Assembly: GCA_002269645.1 (NCBI GenBank)
Contig: NIVC01000186.1
Location: 620,001-684,000, forward strand
From: Macrostomum lignano
Lineage: Eukaryota
Direction: 5' to 3'
DNA length: 64,000 bases
Part shown: positions 63,235 through 64,000 of the stretch, one piece after another
Numbering within the stretch: the stretch's first letter is position 1
How the letters are laid out: each line of letters begins with the position of its first letter
Translations under genes and position numbers: made by a program
The notes under the pieces: model-generated
Seen by the model: only the letters and a program-made list of their open reading frames with translations
The model's database searches: none
What the model was told of the DNA's origin: nothing

Positions 63235-63650
63235 TCATTCAGGCTCGTCCTGAATCATTCAGGCTGGCCATCAATCATTCAGGCTCGTCCTGAATCATTC
63301 AGGCTCATCATGAATCATTCAGGCTGGCCATCAATCATTCAGGCTCGTCATGAATCATTCAGGCTCGTCAATGAATCATTCAGACTTGTCATGAATCATT
63401 CAGGCTCGTCAATGAATTATTCAGACTGGCCATCAATCATTCAGGCTCGTCATGAATCATTCAGGCTCGTCAATGAATCATTCAGACTTGTCATGAATCA
63501 TTCAGGCTCGTCATGAATCATTCAGGCTCGTCATGAATCATTCAGGCTGGCCATAAATCATTCAGGCTCGTCAATGAATTATTCAGACTTGTCATGAATC
63601 ATTCAGGCTCGTCATGAATCATTCAGATTCGTCATGAATCATTCAGGTTC
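63235..63650. repeat. ~20-bp minisatellite
   Basis: AATCATTCAGGCTCGTCATG units. Confidence 0.92.
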
Positions 63651-64000
63651 TTTACTAATCTTATCAAATCCTGAATGTTTGAAGAATGCTGCTTAAATCA
63701 ACCCATTATAATCTTAATCCTCAGGCTCCGTGAGCCTTTCGTGTTTAAATAATTATTTGCTTGATCAAATTTTACTAGATCGCCCGTTTCACTCTACTGT
63801 TAGTAACGCCCACTGCTTCTGCACTAATTGTTTAAAAAGATAATTTTACGGTTAAACCACACCTTGATACTTATTGCACTGTATCTGCCAACTGAGTGCC
63901 AACAAAATGTGATGTATTCGCGTGTGCCCTGTGTTTGCGGTCACAAACTCATCTATAATTCAGTAGGCTACTAAGTGCCGAGCCATTTGTAGTAGTTCTT

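Overview
Animal genomic DNA: GC-rich spliced exons separated by AT-rich introns packed with minisatellites. The style suggests a free-living flatworm such as Macrostomum, but this is inference and cannot be verified here. Exons were joined by hand using GT-AG sites with consistent phase. Host genes: (1) a 5-exon AT-hook/multi-C2H2 zinc-finger gene with an unrecognised, apparently duplicated N-terminal domain (+, 2571-10168); (2) a 6-exon Src42A/FRK-like tyrosine kinase (-, 28568-15727); (3,4) two tandem insect-aaNAT-like GNAT acetyltransferases (-, 31945-30477 and 40195-38572); (5) a CYP4 cytochrome P450 (+, 49021-55681) whose exon 2 is split by a complete 3052-bp hAT transposon with perfect 14-bp TIRs, an 8-bp TSD and an intact spliced transposase; (6) NF-YC with an intronless CDS (+); (7) ATMIN/ASCIZ (+). 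Accessory DNA: a decayed non-LTR retrotransposon, a Gypsy fragment, decayed THAP/P-element-like remnants, several MITE families, two SINE families and about 25 tandem arrays. The strongest signals are the intact hAT insertion in CYP4, a 30-bp perfect palindrome between 8-bp direct repeats that resembles a P-element excision footprint, and the aaNAT-like pair showing patchy homogenisation and non-canonical active-site residues. No prokaryotic-type system (CRISPR, operon) is supported.
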